NCBI RefSeq assembly: GCF_964204645.1
Contig: NC_134029.1
Location: 24,706,534-24,770,533 of the forward strand
From: Tubulanus polymorphus
Taxonomy: Eukaryota > Animalia > Nemertea
DNA: 64,000 bases
Reading direction: 5' to 3'
Position numbers and translations under genes: made by a program. Shown one piece after another: positions 61,890 to 64,000 of the stretch. The notes beneath the pieces are model-generated. The model was not told the origin of the DNA. It was given only the letters and a program-made list of their open reading frames with translations, and ran no database searches. Positions within the stretch are counted from its first letter, which is position 1. The number at the start of each line of letters is the position of its first letter.

Positions 61890-63667
61890 ATGGCGTTTAT
61901 CTCTGCCGTTTTCGCGACATATCAAAATAGTAATTGTTCAGTAAAATGTCAACAGGATTTATCAGACATTTTTACAGCGAGAATTCAAGGAAACCTATCG
62001 GCTTCATCAAGTAAGATTACTTTTAATAACTAATTGTAGCTTAATTCATTAATTCAAAGCTTATCGTTCAGCAAAAGAAATTTGGGGCAGAGCAGATAAA
62101 TACATAAGATCAATACCAAGAAAATAGCAGAATTTGAATTATTAATTAGTTTGAATTATTATCATTGTCCTCGTCGTCACTTCTCAAATATAATGACCTT
62201 CGATTTACCATAATTGATATACCTATAATCGCCATTTAGAGGCAATGTTTATGTTGCAACCTTTCTTGCTAAATATTGTGTAATTCACTTGGACTCGGAC
62301 CAGCAACACAGTATGTCATCTGCGTTTAAAAGAATTAGTAATTTAAACCACGGACTGGTCATTAATGCCCTCGCGGTCCTCATCTATGAGACAATTCTCC
62401 ATATATCATTCACAGTTGGATATTTGAGGCAATAATTTTTGGTAATCATTTTTGAGAGCATGTGCACTTCGTCACATCCGGCTTAGATTGAAATTCAATT
62501 ATCGATATATTCAAATTCAAATCCACTTTATTGATTCTTTATATGATACAAATTATATCGTTCATTGTCGACGATATTAAGCAAAGTATTTGTATTTTTC
62601 AAGTCGTCAATAAACTTTCAATTTAGTTTTATTTTCTTTTTATTTGTTTCTAATACAGTGATCGCGTCCTGGGGCAAACCTGTCATTCATCAGGGCAATT
62701 TCTGGTTCGGAGACTTCGACAAATGTTTGAAATCATCGGACAGCGCGCGATATTGTTTGGCGAATCAGAAAAAATCAATAGTTGAGTATATAGTTCATAT
62801 CGAATAGGCCTAATTCTTATTAAAATTGGAAAGAATGTTCCTTTTTTATATGCTAATCTAGTAAGAGAAGAAATATAAAATTTTTCAAATTCAGTTTGTC
62901 AATTATTTTTTACTACAGGTATCAATCGATCAGTTCTATGGGATGTGTCTACCCGATACATGCGGTGACAGTGACAACCTCAAAATCGTAACCAGCGGTA
63001 ATTTACTTTCTACAAACCCTGCGTCCAGTTTCACAAACTCTTAAATCGATTTAACTTCTTTAATTAAAATCAGCTGCTGAAATAAGTTCCTATCAGGTCA
63101 TTTCATTCGTCTTGTCAAAATCTGTTTCTTTTACAAAATCTAACTATGGTGTCAGATGTTTTACACTTTGCGGACCGATGTTTTAGAGTGTTTTTACCCG
63201 ATAGTTTAGAAATATTGAAAATTTTACCCATTTTAGATTAGTTTTTAAAACCTATCTTTATTCAATGTTATGGTTCTAGCCACACTTTTAGCTTCAGTAA
63301 TGTAAGTGTTTTATTGAATAAGGTACCAAATATGGTAGATCATAATAAAAGTCAAAATCATAGGGGTTGATATTTTTTATGAAACTGGACATCTAGGACC
63401 CAGTTTTATAGACGCACTCGATTCAATTCGACTCATTTAATTTTCGATTGAACTGGATATTGATTTATCTAATTCTGAAAACCGTTTGATGATTAAGCAG
63501 CTCAATAATCCATCAATTTTCTGAGATTATCAAAATATTAAAAACTATATATTATGATTGATAATTTCAGCTCTAAAATCTAGCGGGTTTACTGATAATC
63601 TCTTACCAGCCTCATCTACGTGTAAACGCAGTATTCCAAAATTATCTACAGAATCTACATATGTATT
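61890..63667 (+). CDS. Nose-resistant-to-fluoxetine-6 (NRF-6) / O-acyltransferase-like protein, first four coding exons (continues beyond the window)
   Basis: Exons 61890-62010, 62659-62780, 62919-62997 and 63571-63667, GT-AG with consistent phases. Translation ...SVKCQQDL...MIASWGKPVIHQGNFWFGDFDKCL...RYC...FYGMCLPDTC matches the NRF N-terminal domain pattern (WGKP..G..GN...G.YD.C; G.C.P.SC). Confidence 0.8.
63023..63390. mobile_element. MITE-like element in NRF-6 intron 3
   Basis: Inverted ends gtccagtttca / tgaaactggac; the left end is shared with 39675-39722 (gtccagtttcacaaa...aactcttaaatcgatttaa). Confidence 0.55.
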
Positions 63668-64000
63668 GTAAGTAAAATTTATAATCAGTGTTTATTTATT
63701 TGTTTATCTATTTCTATAAGTTTCCTCTTGGTCCAACGATGAAAACCTCCAATTACACGAATTCCAATAAAACTTTGCAACATGAAATGTTTGAAAATTT
63801 AAAATATTCTTAATATCACGGGATCATCTGTTAGGTTGTACGCCACAAGGTCACTTCTATTCTTGGTCCCAATTCATACTTCTTAGGCCTATTCGATGTG
63901 TCATTAAACAATAAGTCATCACATAACTGAAGTCGTATTAATTATTTATTCCCAATTCCACTAAACAAGTAAATGTCGCCCACACTAGTGATCATCCGAA

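Overview
AT-rich, repeat-dense eukaryotic genomic DNA from a bilaterian invertebrate (probably a marine spiralian; this is inference). Five genes are supported. (1) A 9-coding-exon organic anion transporting polypeptide (SLCO/OATP, + strand, 5002-9933, 700 aa). (2) A prokineticin-receptor-like class A GPCR (- strand) whose two coding exons (48959-49449 and 16699-17512) are joined across a 31.4-kb intron inside the DR(L) motif. (3) An intronless FMRFamide-receptor/srw-like GPCR (- strand, 54236-55447) flanked by about 360-bp direct repeats. (4) An F-box protein (- strand, 58289-59674) whose stop codon lies in a minisatellite. (5) The first four exons of an NRF-6/O-acyltransferase-like gene (+ strand, from 61890). 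Non-coding DNA holds MITEs, tRNA-derived SINE heads, a decayed LINE RT fragment and many mini/microsatellites. The most notable non-coding signal is minimal type I hammerhead ribozyme motifs (61465-61527 +; 41752-41798 -) of the Penelope-like/retrozyme kind. A related family of small palindromic insertions is built from the sequence downstream of the 61.5-kb ribozyme, and several minisatellites are seeded from functional motifs (Pol III B-box, E-box, MITE terminal repeats). All calls were made by eye from motifs, with no database searches.
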